Shown here: positions 1-7,774 of the stretch, piece by piece
Numbering within the stretch: position 1 is the stretch's first letter
How the letters are laid out: every line of letters starts with the position of its first letter
IMG/VR virus record: IMGVR_UViG_3300021387_001477
DNA from: a virus
Taxonomy: Duplodnaviria > Heunggongvirae > Uroviricota > Caudoviricetes
Direction: 5' to 3' (one strand)
DNA length: 15,515 nucleotides
Notes under the pieces: generated by a model
What the model was told of the DNA's origin: nothing
What the model saw: only the letters and a program-made list of their open reading frames with translations
Database searches by the model: none
Made by a program: the position numbers and the translations under genes

Positions 1-193
1 CCCGGGTTCTTCGCGTTAATGGAACGGAATTATCGAACGTAGTGAGATAATGGAGTGGAATAGCGAAGTGGCGCGGGAGCGGGAAGGCGGGGAAATCGTG
101 TAAAATAATTTTATTTAAAATTTTACCTAAGATTGGTTTTCCCGAGTGCTTCGCTCGGCGGTCCGGTTTTCTGACCCTGGATAGCCCCAAATT

Positions 194-203
194 CTTATAT
201 ATG
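194..203 (+). promoter_or_regulatory. Putative phage promoter motif CTTATATATG
   Basis: 2 nt before ATG 206; one of 11 similar copies at transcription-unit heads. Confidence 0.7.
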
Positions 204-205
204 TT

Positions 206-619
206 ATGGTAGATAAAGATAAAAAGATTCAAGAGGCTTTAGACAAGGTCGAAGCCAAGCTGTCAACCATTAAGGATGACATTAAGGCGTGCAAGGCGTA
301 CGAATTCAAGACTGGTCTGGTATTCCATGGACAGAATGTTCAAAACTTTGACCTTGAGATGCTGTTCGCCTTGTATCTGGAAATCTCTACACTATCTAAG
401 GAGGCCAAGGCTGTTTCCACAGAACTTGGTGGTATCGAGTTCAAATGTATGGGAAACACTCCCGAAGAGTGGCTTGAGGATCTTAAGGTTCTCATGAAAA
501 AGAAGACCCTGAACAAAGAACAGGACCGTCTCCTTAAGCTGAAGAAGGATCTGGAATCTCACTTCACTGACGAGTATCGTGAAGAGAAGATTGTTATTGA
601 TCTTATCGGAAGAGTGTAG
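206..619 (+). CDS. Hypothetical phage protein, 137 aa, helical/coiled-coil
   Basis: ORF bracketed by promoter motif and terminator; charged helical sequence; AAG/GAG/TTC-rich codons. Confidence 0.85.
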   Translation: MVDKDKKIQEALDKVEAKLSTIKDDIKACKAYEFKTGLVFHGQNVQNFDLEMLFALYLEISTLSKEAKAVSTELGGIEFKCMGNTPEEWLEDLKVLMKKKTLNKEQDRLLKLKKDLESHFTDEYREEKIVIDLIGRV

Positions 620-631
620 TTGAAAAGGATT

Positions 632-661
632 GAAGAGGAACTTAGATTTCCTCTTCTTTTT
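632..661 (+). terminator. Rho-independent terminator
   Basis: GAAGAGGAA(632-640)-7-nt loop-TTCCTCTTC(648-656) followed by TTTTT. Confidence 0.85.
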
Positions 662-675
662 CTTCCCTTGTTTAC

Positions 676-685
676 CTTATTTATG
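676..685 (+). promoter_or_regulatory. Putative promoter motif CTTATTTATG
   Basis: Follows the terminator and directly precedes the structured leader and holin-like gene. Confidence 0.65.
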
Positions 686-764
686 GGTTGTATCTTGGCT
701 AGAGACGGTTATTTCTCTTATCCCCCTAGAAATCTCCTTTATTCCAGGATACAGCCTTTGTTTT
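686..764 (+). ncRNA. Putative structured 5' leader or small RNA
   Basis: GGTTGTATCTTGG(686-698) pairs with CCAGGATACAGCC(744-756), 13 bp with two G-U; inner AGAGA/TCTCT hairpin (701-718); followed by TTTGTTTT. Confidence 0.5.
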
Positions 765-778
765 AATATATTTTATTT

Positions 779-1054
779 ATGAATTACTTAAAAAGATTAA
801 TACGGAATAATACTGGGGATAGTGCTAAGTCATTCGGGTTAGTCCTATCTACAATTATAGGCGCCTTGATTGGAGTATGTATATGCTTTGTATTAATATA
901 TGACGTTGCTGTGGATGGCGTCATTTCCACAGATCTGGATAAACTTGGGTGGTTCTTAATGGCTGATAGTGTTTATATTTTTGGGGGAGGTATAAATAAA
1001 GTTTTAGCTGAAAGATATGAAAATAAGAATCAAGAAAATCCAGAAGAAAAATAA
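779..1054 (+). CDS. Holin-like two-TM membrane protein
   Basis: Two hydrophobic segments, basic N-terminus, charged C-tail; resembles the Bacteroidales phage holin-like family (LIxNNTGxSxKSF), recalled from memory. Confidence 0.6.
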   Translation: MNYLKRLIRNNTGDSAKSFGLVLSTIIGALIGVCICFVLIYDVAVDGVISTDLDKLGWFLMADSVYIFGGGINKVLAERYENKNQENPEEK

Positions 1055-1100
1055 AAAGGAAGAAGAGAATAGACTTTTGATCTAATCTCTTCTTTTATTT
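1055..1100. terminator. Bidirectional terminator
   Basis: AAGAAGAGA(1060-1068)...TCTCTTCTT(1086-1094), A-run before, T-run after, between convergent ORFs. Confidence 0.8.
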
Positions 1101-1111
1101 ATACATTCTGC

Positions 1112-1204
1112 CTAAGTATCTTCCAACAAAGGGTTCCTGTATAATGAAGCTTCACAGGGTAAGACTATAACCATCCCGGTTTCTGTCCGATAAAGTGAGC
1201 TCAT
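1112..1204 (-). CDS. Small ORF, 30 aa (MSSLYRTETGMVIVLPCEASLYRNPLLEDT), not in track
   Basis: Hand translation; promoter motif 10 nt upstream, terminator downstream. Confidence 0.45.
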   Translation of the reverse strand: MSSLYRTETGMVIVLPCEASLYRNPLLEDT

Positions 1205-1214
1205 ATTTCCCCTG

Positions 1215-1224
1215 CATATATAAG
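1215..1224 (-). promoter_or_regulatory. Putative promoter motif CTTATATATG
   Basis: Reverse complement CATATATAAG; exact consensus. Confidence 0.6.
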
Positions 1225-1228
1225 GAAA

Positions 1229-1993
1229 TCAGAGCATTATAGTTACCCTTTTTCCAAGTAGGTTATAAGTCTCTTCTATAACCTGATTTTTAATTTTAGG
1301 GAATTTCTTCAATAGTTCATAGTCTTTCTTATCGAGAATCCCCTTCGTCAGTATTGGTTGTCCCTCGTATTTTGAAATTATATAGAGAGCACTTCTGAAA
1401 TATTCTTTATAATTTTCCAATACTAAGTTCTCTATATCTTTTTCAAATTTATCCCTTTTCCAGGATCTTTGGACTAATTTTTCTTTAATCTGTTCTAAGA
1501 ATTTAGGAATTATATCATCAAAGTTATCTCTAAGACAGGCTCGAGTTCTATAGGTTATTATATTATACTCTTTTCCTAGGTATAAATCTCTTGCCATATC
1601 TTCCTTCTGTTTTTCTTTTCCATCATGATAACTTGAATCTAGCTCTATCACAATTCCTAGGTCTGGCAGAAATACATCCAATGAAAATATACACTTTGGT
1701 TTCTGCGGGCATAGATCAAACCAGAGATCTTGATTTATAATTGGAATGGGGAATTCTTCAACCCACTTATACTCCGGGAGGTTTTGTATAATCTTCCTGA
1801 AGTTTATAGGGTTAGGATTCCCAATATCTCGATCCCGCTGAAATTGTCCATCCCTAAATTCTTTTATTCTAAAACTTTTCTTACTGTTCTCATTATATAG
1901 CCATGCTGGAAAAATAAACTCATCCACTTTATAAGATCTATCTGGACCTTTATCTCCAGCACAGCGTTCATATATTATTTTATTTTCAATCAT
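1229..1993 (-). CDS. DUF559/Vsr-like PD-(D/E)XK endonuclease, possibly an EDxHD-type homing endonuclease
   Basis: SLDVFLPDLGIVIELDSSYHD...DMARDLYL motif; start moved from 2041 to ATG 1993 (alternative 1999) because of the promoter motif. Confidence 0.7.
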   Translation of the reverse strand: MIENKIIYERCAGDKGPDRSYKVDEFIFPAWLYNENSKKSFRIKEFRDGQFQRDRDIGNPNPINFRKIIQNLPEYKWVEEFPIPIINQDLWFDLCPQKPKCIFSLDVFLPDLGIVIELDSSYHDGKEKQKEDMARDLYLGKEYNIITYRTRACLRDNFDDIIPKFLEQIKEKLVQRSWKRDKFEKDIENLVLENYKEYFRSALYIISKYEGQPILTKGILDKKDYELLKKFPKIKNQVIEETYNLLGKRVTIML

Positions 1994-1996
1994 AAT

Positions 1997-2006
1997 CATA
2001 TATAAG
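1997..2006 (-). promoter_or_regulatory. Putative promoter motif CTTATATATG
   Basis: 3 nt before ATG 1993; back-to-back with 2018-2027. Confidence 0.65.
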
Positions 2007-2017
2007 AACCGGAGACC

Positions 2018-2027
2018 CTTATAAACG
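2018..2027 (+). promoter_or_regulatory. Putative promoter motif variant CTTATAAACG
   Basis: Head of the plus-strand unit leading to rtcB. Confidence 0.5.
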
Positions 2028-2230
2028 TGAAAAAGAAACAAATTATAGTTGGAGGACTAGTTATTGGTATGTTTTTGGCTATCTCTTATTATATTAAGTG
2101 TGGAAAGACTTCTATAACTATCTCAAAGGGAAATCCTAAAAGAGAAGAAGCAGCAAGAAAGATAGCTAAGATATTCAATTTTTCTATAGAAGAAGATGAA
2201 AATAGTATTACTCTATCATTAAAAGAGTAA
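2027..2230 (+). CDS. Small protein with N-terminal hydrophobic segment
   Basis: 67-aa ORF, GTG start uncertain; IIVGGLVIGMFLAISYYI is TM-like. Confidence 0.6.
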   Translation: MKKKQIIVGGLVIGMFLAISYYIKCGKTSITISKGNPKREEAARKIAKIFNFSIEEDENSITLSLKE

Positions 2231-2327
2231 ACCACCAAAAACAAAGGCGAGGAGACCTAGACCAGAGAATACGAACTTAACTCTTCAAAGGTCAAAGGAA
2301 AAGATGAAATTGAAAAACAACTAGAGG

Positions 2328-3635
2328 ATGAAAGAAATAACGAATAATGGATTGAATTGTAAAATATTCACTGATAATATAGAACCTGGCGCACTTCAAC
2401 AGATATATGACGTAATTAAACAGCCTGAATGGAACGGGATTAAGGTTAGGATAATGCCAGACGTTCATGAAGGAAGTGGTATCTGTATTGGTTTTGTTTC
2501 AGAGGTTGGGGAGTATGTGAATCCCAATTATATAGGTGTGGATATTGGGTGTAGTGTTTCTATGGTCCTTGTTGATAAGCCTGTAGATCCAAAGGACTAT
2601 GCACTTTTTGAGCATAGAATAAAACAGGCTATACCGATGGGAATGGAAATAAATACATCTAGACAATTCATAATAAGAGATTTTCTGGCATATCTTAGAA
2701 CAGAACTTCAGAAGGCTTATCAGAATACACACGGTCTTACATATATTCCAGATTTTAACAATGAGGATGATCTGGAAAGGTGGGTTCGCGATATTGGAAT
2801 GGATCTAAATGTATTCTATAAGAGCATTGGAAGTATCGGGTCAGGCAATCATTATTGGGAATATGATGAGGGATCTGGTAAGTATGGAATTTCTGTTCAT
2901 ACTGGATCTCGAAACTTGGGAATAAAAGTAAATAAATATTGGGTAAATCAAGTCTTTGGAGATAAAATACCAAAGGAAGTACAAAAACAAATCCAAGAAG
3001 AGGTAAAGCATAGACCAGGAATAGAGAAGAGAGATATAAAACACCAGATAGATATTGAAACAAAGAAATGGAAGGATGAGAACTTACATCCTGGATTTCT
3101 GGATGGAGAGAATCTACGTGGCTATCTTACGGACATGGTAATTGCTTGTTCATATGCGTTCTGGAACCATAAGGTAATTTTAGATAAGGCGGTTGAGATA
3201 TATTCAAAACTCACTGGAGGAAAGGAGCTAGAAAGAATTACCACACGACATAACTATATAGACTTCTCTTCTTCTACACCAATTATACGGAAGGGAGCAG
3301 TATCAGCAAAAGAAGGGGAGATCTTACTTCTTCCATTTAATATGAGAGATGGTATTGCAATATGTAGAGGAAAAGGTAATGAGGATTGGTTAAATTCTTG
3401 TGCACATGGAGCTGGAAGAGTTATGTCTAGGGGTCAAGCAAAATCTAGAGTATCATTGAAAGAATTTGAAGATAGTATGAAGGGTATATACTCAACAACT
3501 GTATGTAGGGATACTATAGATGAAAGTCCAATGGTATATAAGAATAAAGAAGAAATACTTGAAAACTTAGAACCAACCATAGAAGTGCTGTCTTTCCTTC
3601 AGCCTAAGATAAATATAAAAGGAACAAAGAAATAA
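2328..3635 (+). CDS. rtcB: RtcB-family RNA ligase (3'-phosphate/2',3'-cyclic phosphate to 5'-OH)
   Basis: Motifs PDVHEG, GVDIGC, GSGNHY, VHTGSR, HNY, RKGA, PFNMRDG, AHGAGR, DESPMVYK; metal ligands and guanylylated-His motif present. Confidence 0.96.
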   Translation: MKEITNNGLNCKIFTDNIEPGALQQIYDVIKQPEWNGIKVRIMPDVHEGSGICIGFVSEVGEYVNPNYIGVDIGCSVSMVLVDKPVDPKDYALFEHRIKQAIPMGMEINTSRQFIIRDFLAYLRTELQKAYQNTHGLTYIPDFNNEDDLERWVRDIGMDLNVFYKSIGSIGSGNHYWEYDEGSGKYGISVHTGSRNLGIKVNKYWVNQVFGDKIPKEVQKQIQEEVKHRPGIEKRDIKHQIDIETKKWKDENLHPGFLDGENLRGYLTDMVIACSYAFWNHKVILDKAVEIYSKLTGGKELERITTRHNYIDFSSSTPIIRKGAVSAKEGEILLLPFNMRDGIAICRGKGNEDWLNSCAHGAGRVMSRGQAKSRVSLKEFEDSMKGIYSTTVCRDTIDESPMVYKNKEEILENLEPTIEVLSFLQPKINIKGTKK

Positions 3636-3660
3636 GGGAGGTAAACTCCTTTATTTTTCT
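3634..3660 (+). terminator. Rho-independent terminator
   Basis: AAGGGAG-GTAAA-CTCCTTT then ATTTTT directly after the rtcB stop. Confidence 0.7.
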
Positions 3661-3667
3661 TCATTGC

Positions 3668-3677
3668 CTTATAAATG
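3668..3677 (+). promoter_or_regulatory. Putative promoter motif CTTATAAATG
   Basis: After terminator, 2 nt before ATG 3680. Confidence 0.65.
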
Positions 3678-3679
3678 AA

Positions 3680-3802
3680 ATGATAACAAAAGAATTATAT
3701 ACAGAAAATGATTATGGAGTTTATAAATATCATCTTACCCCTTCCAGCAGAGAGTTAGCGAAGGAACTTATTTTTATTATTAAAAATGAAGAAAATATAT
3801 AG
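3680..3802 (+). CDS. Small ORF, 40 aa (MITKELYTENDYGVYKYHLTPSSRELAKELIFIIKNEENI), not in track
   Basis: Hand translation; starts right after the motif; overlaps next gene by 17 nt. Confidence 0.55.
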   Translation: MITKELYTENDYGVYKYHLTPSSRELAKELIFIIKNEENI

Positions 3803-4136
3803 AGTTTTTTTAATTATTCTTTCGGTTCTTGTACTATTCTTTGTCTTTATAGGCATAGATTTAATAGAGTATAAAACAGCACCAGAGCATAAAGTTGAGG
3901 TTACCTGGATTGTATATCAGGGAGGACATGGAAGAAAATACACAAATGTCTTCCAGATGAGGGGAAGTGATTTTCGCTCTAGAGTAGATATGTCATCTGG
4001 TAGGTATTCCAATGGTAAGTCAGTATTAATTCTTGATGGAACGGATCACTGGCTTGCCTACGTAAATAATCAGACTGTATGTATCTACAAAGGATATTCT
4101 GATGTAGATATAGTTTCAATAAAGATCATAGAGTAA
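3786..4136 (+). CDS. Membrane-anchored hypothetical protein
   Basis: N-terminal TM segment (VFLIILSVLVLFFVFIGI). Confidence 0.8.
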   Translation: MKKIYRVFLIILSVLVLFFVFIGIDLIEYKTAPEHKVEVTWIVYQGGHGRKYTNVFQMRGSDFRSRVDMSSGRYSNGKSVLILDGTDHWLAYVNNQTVCIYKGYSDVDIVSIKIIE

Positions 4137-4273
4137 TGGAAGAAAATAAAGAACTGGTTGAAGTAGATAAATCACTTCTTGAGCAGATATGTAAATACTG
4201 TGAGGATAAAGCTATATATGACAAATTAGGAATGTATGGCGATTTTTACTATAAATTAAAGAAGTTATTATGA
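4136..4273 (+). CDS. Small ORF, 45 aa (MEENKELVEVDKSLLEQICKYCEDKAIYDKLGMYGDFYYKLKKLL), not in track
   Basis: TAATG overlap with upstream stop and ATGA overlap with downstream start; fills the gap exactly. Confidence 0.8.
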   Translation: MEENKELVEVDKSLLEQICKYCEDKAIYDKLGMYGDFYYKLKKLL

Positions 4274-4650
4274 CACCAGAAGAAAAAGATCTTCTTATAA
4301 AGGACCTATGTGCAAGGTTACCTTATGGAGTTAATGTACTTGTAAGCAGCTCCCATATTACAGACCCAGTTAGAAAGAAACTTAATACTAACCTTCTTTT
4401 CGGACTCCAGAAGTCTGTACTAACTATAAAACCATATCTTCGTCCAATGTCTTCAATGACTGAGGAAGAAGTCAAAGAGTTTGCTGCGTTAGAAAGTATT
4501 GATGTTCTTGGTGGTGATATAAAAATAACTTGCGTTGAACTTAGTGTTGATTCTATTGATTGGCTCAATAAAAATCATTTTGACTACCGTGGACTGATTC
4601 CTATGGGTCTGGCTCTTGTAGCAAAAGAAAACATGTATAAAACTGAATAG
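4270..4650 (+). CDS. Bacteroidales-phage conserved hypothetical protein, paralog 1
   Basis: DLCARLPYGV...KPYLRPMSSMTEEE...DWLNKNHFDYRGLIPMGLAL. Confidence 0.85.
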   Translation: MTPEEKDLLIKDLCARLPYGVNVLVSSSHITDPVRKKLNTNLLFGLQKSVLTIKPYLRPMSSMTEEEVKEFAALESIDVLGGDIKITCVELSVDSIDWLNKNHFDYRGLIPMGLALVAKENMYKTE

Positions 4651-4653
4651 ATT

Positions 4654-4851
4654 ATGGCGACAGAAACATTAGGAGCACATCTTAGAAATTTATTAACTCC
4701 TTATAATACTTTACTTTCTTTAGTTGAGAATGTCATTAAAGGAGATTTGGATTTAGATGCTTTAAAAAAGGTTAAATGTAATAATATTAATGATTTAATC
4801 GAATTCAGTTATTCTGATAAAATGGAAAATACACTATGGAGGGATGACTAA
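4654..4851 (+). CDS. Hypothetical protein, 65 aa
   Basis: ORF tightly packed between the paralogs; ATTATG start. Confidence 0.75.
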   Translation: MATETLGAHLRNLLTPYNTLLSLVENVIKGDLDLDALKKVKCNNINDLIEFSYSDKMENTLWRDD

Positions 4852-4853
4852 TT

Positions 4854-5267
4854 ATGACACAAGAAGAAAAACAACTGCCCATCATAGACCTTTGTGCGAG
4901 GTTGCCGTATGGTGTTAAGGTTCAGATCAAAAGTACATATACTGATGATGAGTACATTACAGTATTTAATTCAGATTTGATATGTTTGATTAGTGTCAAA
5001 TCTGTAAAACCATATCTTCGTCCTATGTCAAGTATGACTAAGGAAGAATTCCAAGAGCTTCATAATATATGCCCTCACTCAACGTTTAATAAAACCAACG
5101 ATTTTGGATGGATTATTGGAATAGATGGAAGTAAGTATGGAAGAATTTCTCGTATTGATGAAATTAGTAAACTTCTTGACTGGCTCAATAAAAATATGTT
5201 TGACTTCCGTGGTTTAATACCTATGGGTCTGGCTCTTGAAGCGACTGAAGGAATGTATAAGGTATGA
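4854..5267 (+). CDS. Bacteroidales-phage conserved hypothetical protein, paralog 2
   Basis: Same motifs as 4270-4650. Confidence 0.85.
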   Translation: MTQEEKQLPIIDLCARLPYGVKVQIKSTYTDDEYITVFNSDLICLISVKSVKPYLRPMSSMTKEEFQELHNICPHSTFNKTNDFGWIIGIDGSKYGRISRIDEISKLLDWLNKNMFDFRGLIPMGLALEATEGMYKV

Positions 5268-5303
5268 GTTGGAATTTTTTACCTAGAGGATAGTTTTTAA
5301 TCT

Positions 5304-5582
5304 ATGAATATACCATTTTATGTATTATCAAAGTTATTTCCAAAAGATACAATGTGGGTTGATGGATGTGCAGAGATTATTGGATACTCGCCGAAGGAAA
5401 ATCTTCACATTGTAATAGATGATGGAAATTGTAACTCAGAGGATGGGAATTATGTTGTTCATAAATACCAGCCCTCCAATCCTAAAGAACATTTTGAAAA
5501 TTGGAATAAGGGTGAATATCCATATAAATATCTTATCGATGAGCCTAAGGTATTTGAAGGTATAGTAAATTTTAATATATGA
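5304..5582 (+). CDS. Hypothetical protein
   Basis: 92-aa ORF with ATGA overlap to the next gene. Confidence 0.75.
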   Translation: MNIPFYVLSKLFPKDTMWVDGCAEIIGYSPKENLHIVIDDGNCNSEDGNYVVHKYQPSNPKEHFENWNKGEYPYKYLIDEPKVFEGIVNFNI

Positions 5583-5788
5583 TCAGAAGAGATATATTAT
5601 ATATAATAGGAATAATTATTTGGGGATTTGCTAGCTGGCTTATTTTGCCTGGGTATGAGACCTCACAAGAAATAGCAGCTCATCTTTTGGTATGGACTAT
5701 TATTCTGGATCTATACTTATTTGGTATAATCATTTTAGAACTTATATCTAAAAAGTTTAGAGATTGGGATAGTAAAAAGTTATTCTAA
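5579..5788 (+). CDS. Small two-TM membrane protein
   Basis: Two hydrophobic stretches. Confidence 0.75.
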   Translation: MIRRDILYIIGIIIWGFASWLILPGYETSQEIAAHLLVWTIILDLYLFGIIILELISKKFRDWDSKKLF

Positions 5789-5789
5789 T

Positions 5790-6680
5790 ATGAAAACGCT
5801 GAAAGAATATGCGGAATTTCTTTATTCCAAAGGATATAAAGAGACTGAGCTACCTTATGAATTCTTAGATGGTTCTTTACAGGTCGTATCTTTTGAAAAG
5901 GGAGATTGGTATATAAATTTACATGTCCAGGAGACTGAAGAATTTTCAAAGTTCTTGGAATCTCTTGAAGAAGGAACAGAATACAAGGTTGATTATAAAA
6001 ATTATGTGGTCTGTGGGGCTTTCTTAAAATCTACAATTTGTAATGTTCCTAATTTCTATGATGGAAGTACAAAGGGGATTGAATTAGTAGCAGAGCCAAA
6101 TCCATATAATAAACATACTTTGGATATATTTGAGCATTGTGTGGATCTCCAAAATACAAATCTCTTGAATCATGAGCTATTTATAATGACATGTAGACAA
6201 GAACAGCTGAAGTGGGCAAAGGATAATTTAATTCCGGTACTTGAGAGGCATGATTATATATGTGAATACGACTCTTTCTTTAGTACGGAAGAATGTAGGT
6301 CATCATCAAATATCAGAATAGATTTTAAACATCCAAATGGGGCATCTCTCATTATAGAAACTGATTGCCTAACGGGAAAACCTATAATTTGGTCTAGTGT
6401 TAATGTCTTGGATGGAAATTCTGATCTCACTTCGGAACTTTATGGTAAAAGCGAAGGTGAGGTGTTTGATATCCTACTCGAAAAGGTTTGGGAAAAGCAT
6501 CCACTTAGGTTTGGGTACATATATAATAATGATCCGCAAGAGACGGTGAAAACATATCGGGCAGTTATGACTCTTATGGACTGTATAGAACATAAGGAAA
6601 AGGCTTCTATTGACTTAGATCTTATTCCGGAAAGGTATAAATATCTAGTAGAGGAATATGAGTCTTTATATTCTGAGTAA
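5790..6680 (+). CDS. Hypothetical protein, 296 aa, acidic
   Basis: Long ORF in the operon; no motif recognised. Confidence 0.85.
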   Translation: MKTLKEYAEFLYSKGYKETELPYEFLDGSLQVVSFEKGDWYINLHVQETEEFSKFLESLEEGTEYKVDYKNYVVCGAFLKSTICNVPNFYDGSTKGIELVAEPNPYNKHTLDIFEHCVDLQNTNLLNHELFIMTCRQEQLKWAKDNLIPVLERHDYICEYDSFFSTEECRSSSNIRIDFKHPNGASLIIETDCLTGKPIIWSSVNVLDGNSDLTSELYGKSEGEVFDILLEKVWEKHPLRFGYIYNNDPQETVKTYRAVMTLMDCIEHKEKASIDLDLIPERYKYLVEEYESLYSE

Positions 6681-6722
6681 GGAGATTAGTTTTGTTTAAG
6701 AAAGTTAGTAGTAAGATAGATT

Positions 6723-7202
6723 ATGGCATCACATTCTAGTAAAACAAAACATAAAAATGCAAAGAAACATCGTCGGGGAGGTAAGAATCTTTTTTGGCTC
6801 GTAAGGAGTACAAGAACTAATGGATTAATATTATTCTCAAGAAAGCCAGTGGTTGAGAAAGCTCCGGAAAAATGGAAGGACCGATATGAAAATGGAGTTT
6901 ATTGGTCTAGCTTTTATTCAGAGTATTTTCTAAATAATCATCAGGTAGGAGAAAGAATACTGGTTGACCACACAATTCCAATTCCCGTAAAACTAATAAT
7001 ATGTAATGATAATCCAGACATGTATATTCAGAGATGTAAGGACTGTCTATTCATTTGTAGTCATCTGGAAACATATTATATTGGTGGAAATAGAAATAGA
7101 AAGGTTACGAGGGTTCCACATAGTCAAAGAATCTCGAATAAACTTTTTCTTGATGTTACGGAAGAAAGCGGCATCATTGGAATTAGAATTATTAAAATCT
7201 AA
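6723..7202 (+). CDS. Hypothetical protein with basic N-terminal tail and two related small phage modules
   Basis: WLVRSTRTNGLILFSRKP and YIQRCKDCLFIC...LFLDVTEES resemble the WIARDxxGxLxL...LFPEVT phage module. Confidence 0.75.
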   Translation: MASHSSKTKHKNAKKHRRGGKNLFWLVRSTRTNGLILFSRKPVVEKAPEKWKDRYENGVYWSSFYSEYFLNNHQVGERILVDHTIPIPVKLIICNDNPDMYIQRCKDCLFICSHLETYYIGGNRNRKVTRVPHSQRISNKLFLDVTEESGIIGIRIIKI

Positions 7203-7204
7203 TT

Positions 7205-7774
7205 ATGGGAAAGAATTTTTGTAAAGTTGAAGGTAAATGGTGTAAGCTTTTAAAACGAGGGGTATGTGGATTTTCTAATAAGTTAATAGGTGATATTAAT
7301 GAGTGTCCTAAAGTTAAGAGCATAGAGACAGTAAGGTTATCTGATCTATTGAAACAGGTTGATTTTCCGACAATATATAATACTATTCTCAAATGGTGGC
7401 CGAATGAAGAAAGAAATAAAGATGGCTATAAGGAAGTTTTTGAGAATTTATTAAAGATGACTCCGAAGAAACATAACTTGAGTGATTTATTCATAAACGT
7501 TGAGGTGGTTTCTGAGAATGGGGAAGATTATCTGGATGCAACTGGTGTTGATATAACTTCGAGTAGGAAGAATGTTTCTTATGCAATCGAATTTATTCCT
7601 TGGGAAGATTGGATTTCAATGTTTATTACTGAAAATACATTATCCACATTATCTCAAGAGGATATTGTAGCCGGTTGTTTATATGAAATGACCTTCTGTG
7701 GATTTGATCAGAAAGGGATTCAGGAGAAAAAGCAGAAACTAAAAGACGCAATTAAAGAATATGAAGCACTATGA
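7205..7774 (+). CDS. DUF6557-like protein with Cys-rich N-terminal extension
   Basis: SYAIEFIPWEDW...IVAGCLYEMTFCGF motif (family recalled from memory); four Cys in the first 36 aa. Confidence 0.65.
   Translation: MGKNFCKVEGKWCKLLKRGVCGFSNKLIGDINECPKVKSIETVRLSDLLKQVDFPTIYNTILKWWPNEERNKDGYKEVFENLLKMTPKKHNLSDLFINVEVVSENGEDYLDATGVDITSSRKNVSYAIEFIPWEDWISMFITENTLSTLSQEDIVAGCLYEMTFCGFDQKGIQEKKQKLKDAIKEYEAL

Noticed and set aside
686-756. tRNA interpretation of the 71-nt stem (7-bp GGTTGTA/TACAGCC acceptor-like helix)
   Set aside because: No T-arm with TTCRA, no D-arm or anticodon-arm geometry, and the stem continues to 13 bp
1229-2041. Track starts at 2041 (also 13123, 9641, 14898)
   Set aside because: These extensions run across promoter motifs or into neighbouring genes; downstream ATGs fit better
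2231-2347. Protein-like reading (TREYELNSSKVKGKDEIEKQLEDERNNE) in frame with ORF 2027 upstream of rtcB
   Set aside because: Separated from that ORF by TAA and TAG with no start codon; cannot be distinguished from chance or a decayed remnant
2499-3063. Antisense ORFs inside rtcB
   Set aside because: Shadows of a conserved gene with no motif support
4654-4851. HisKA H-box resemblance (GAHLRNLLTP)
   Set aside because: The His is out of register with HxLRxPL, and the similarity is too short
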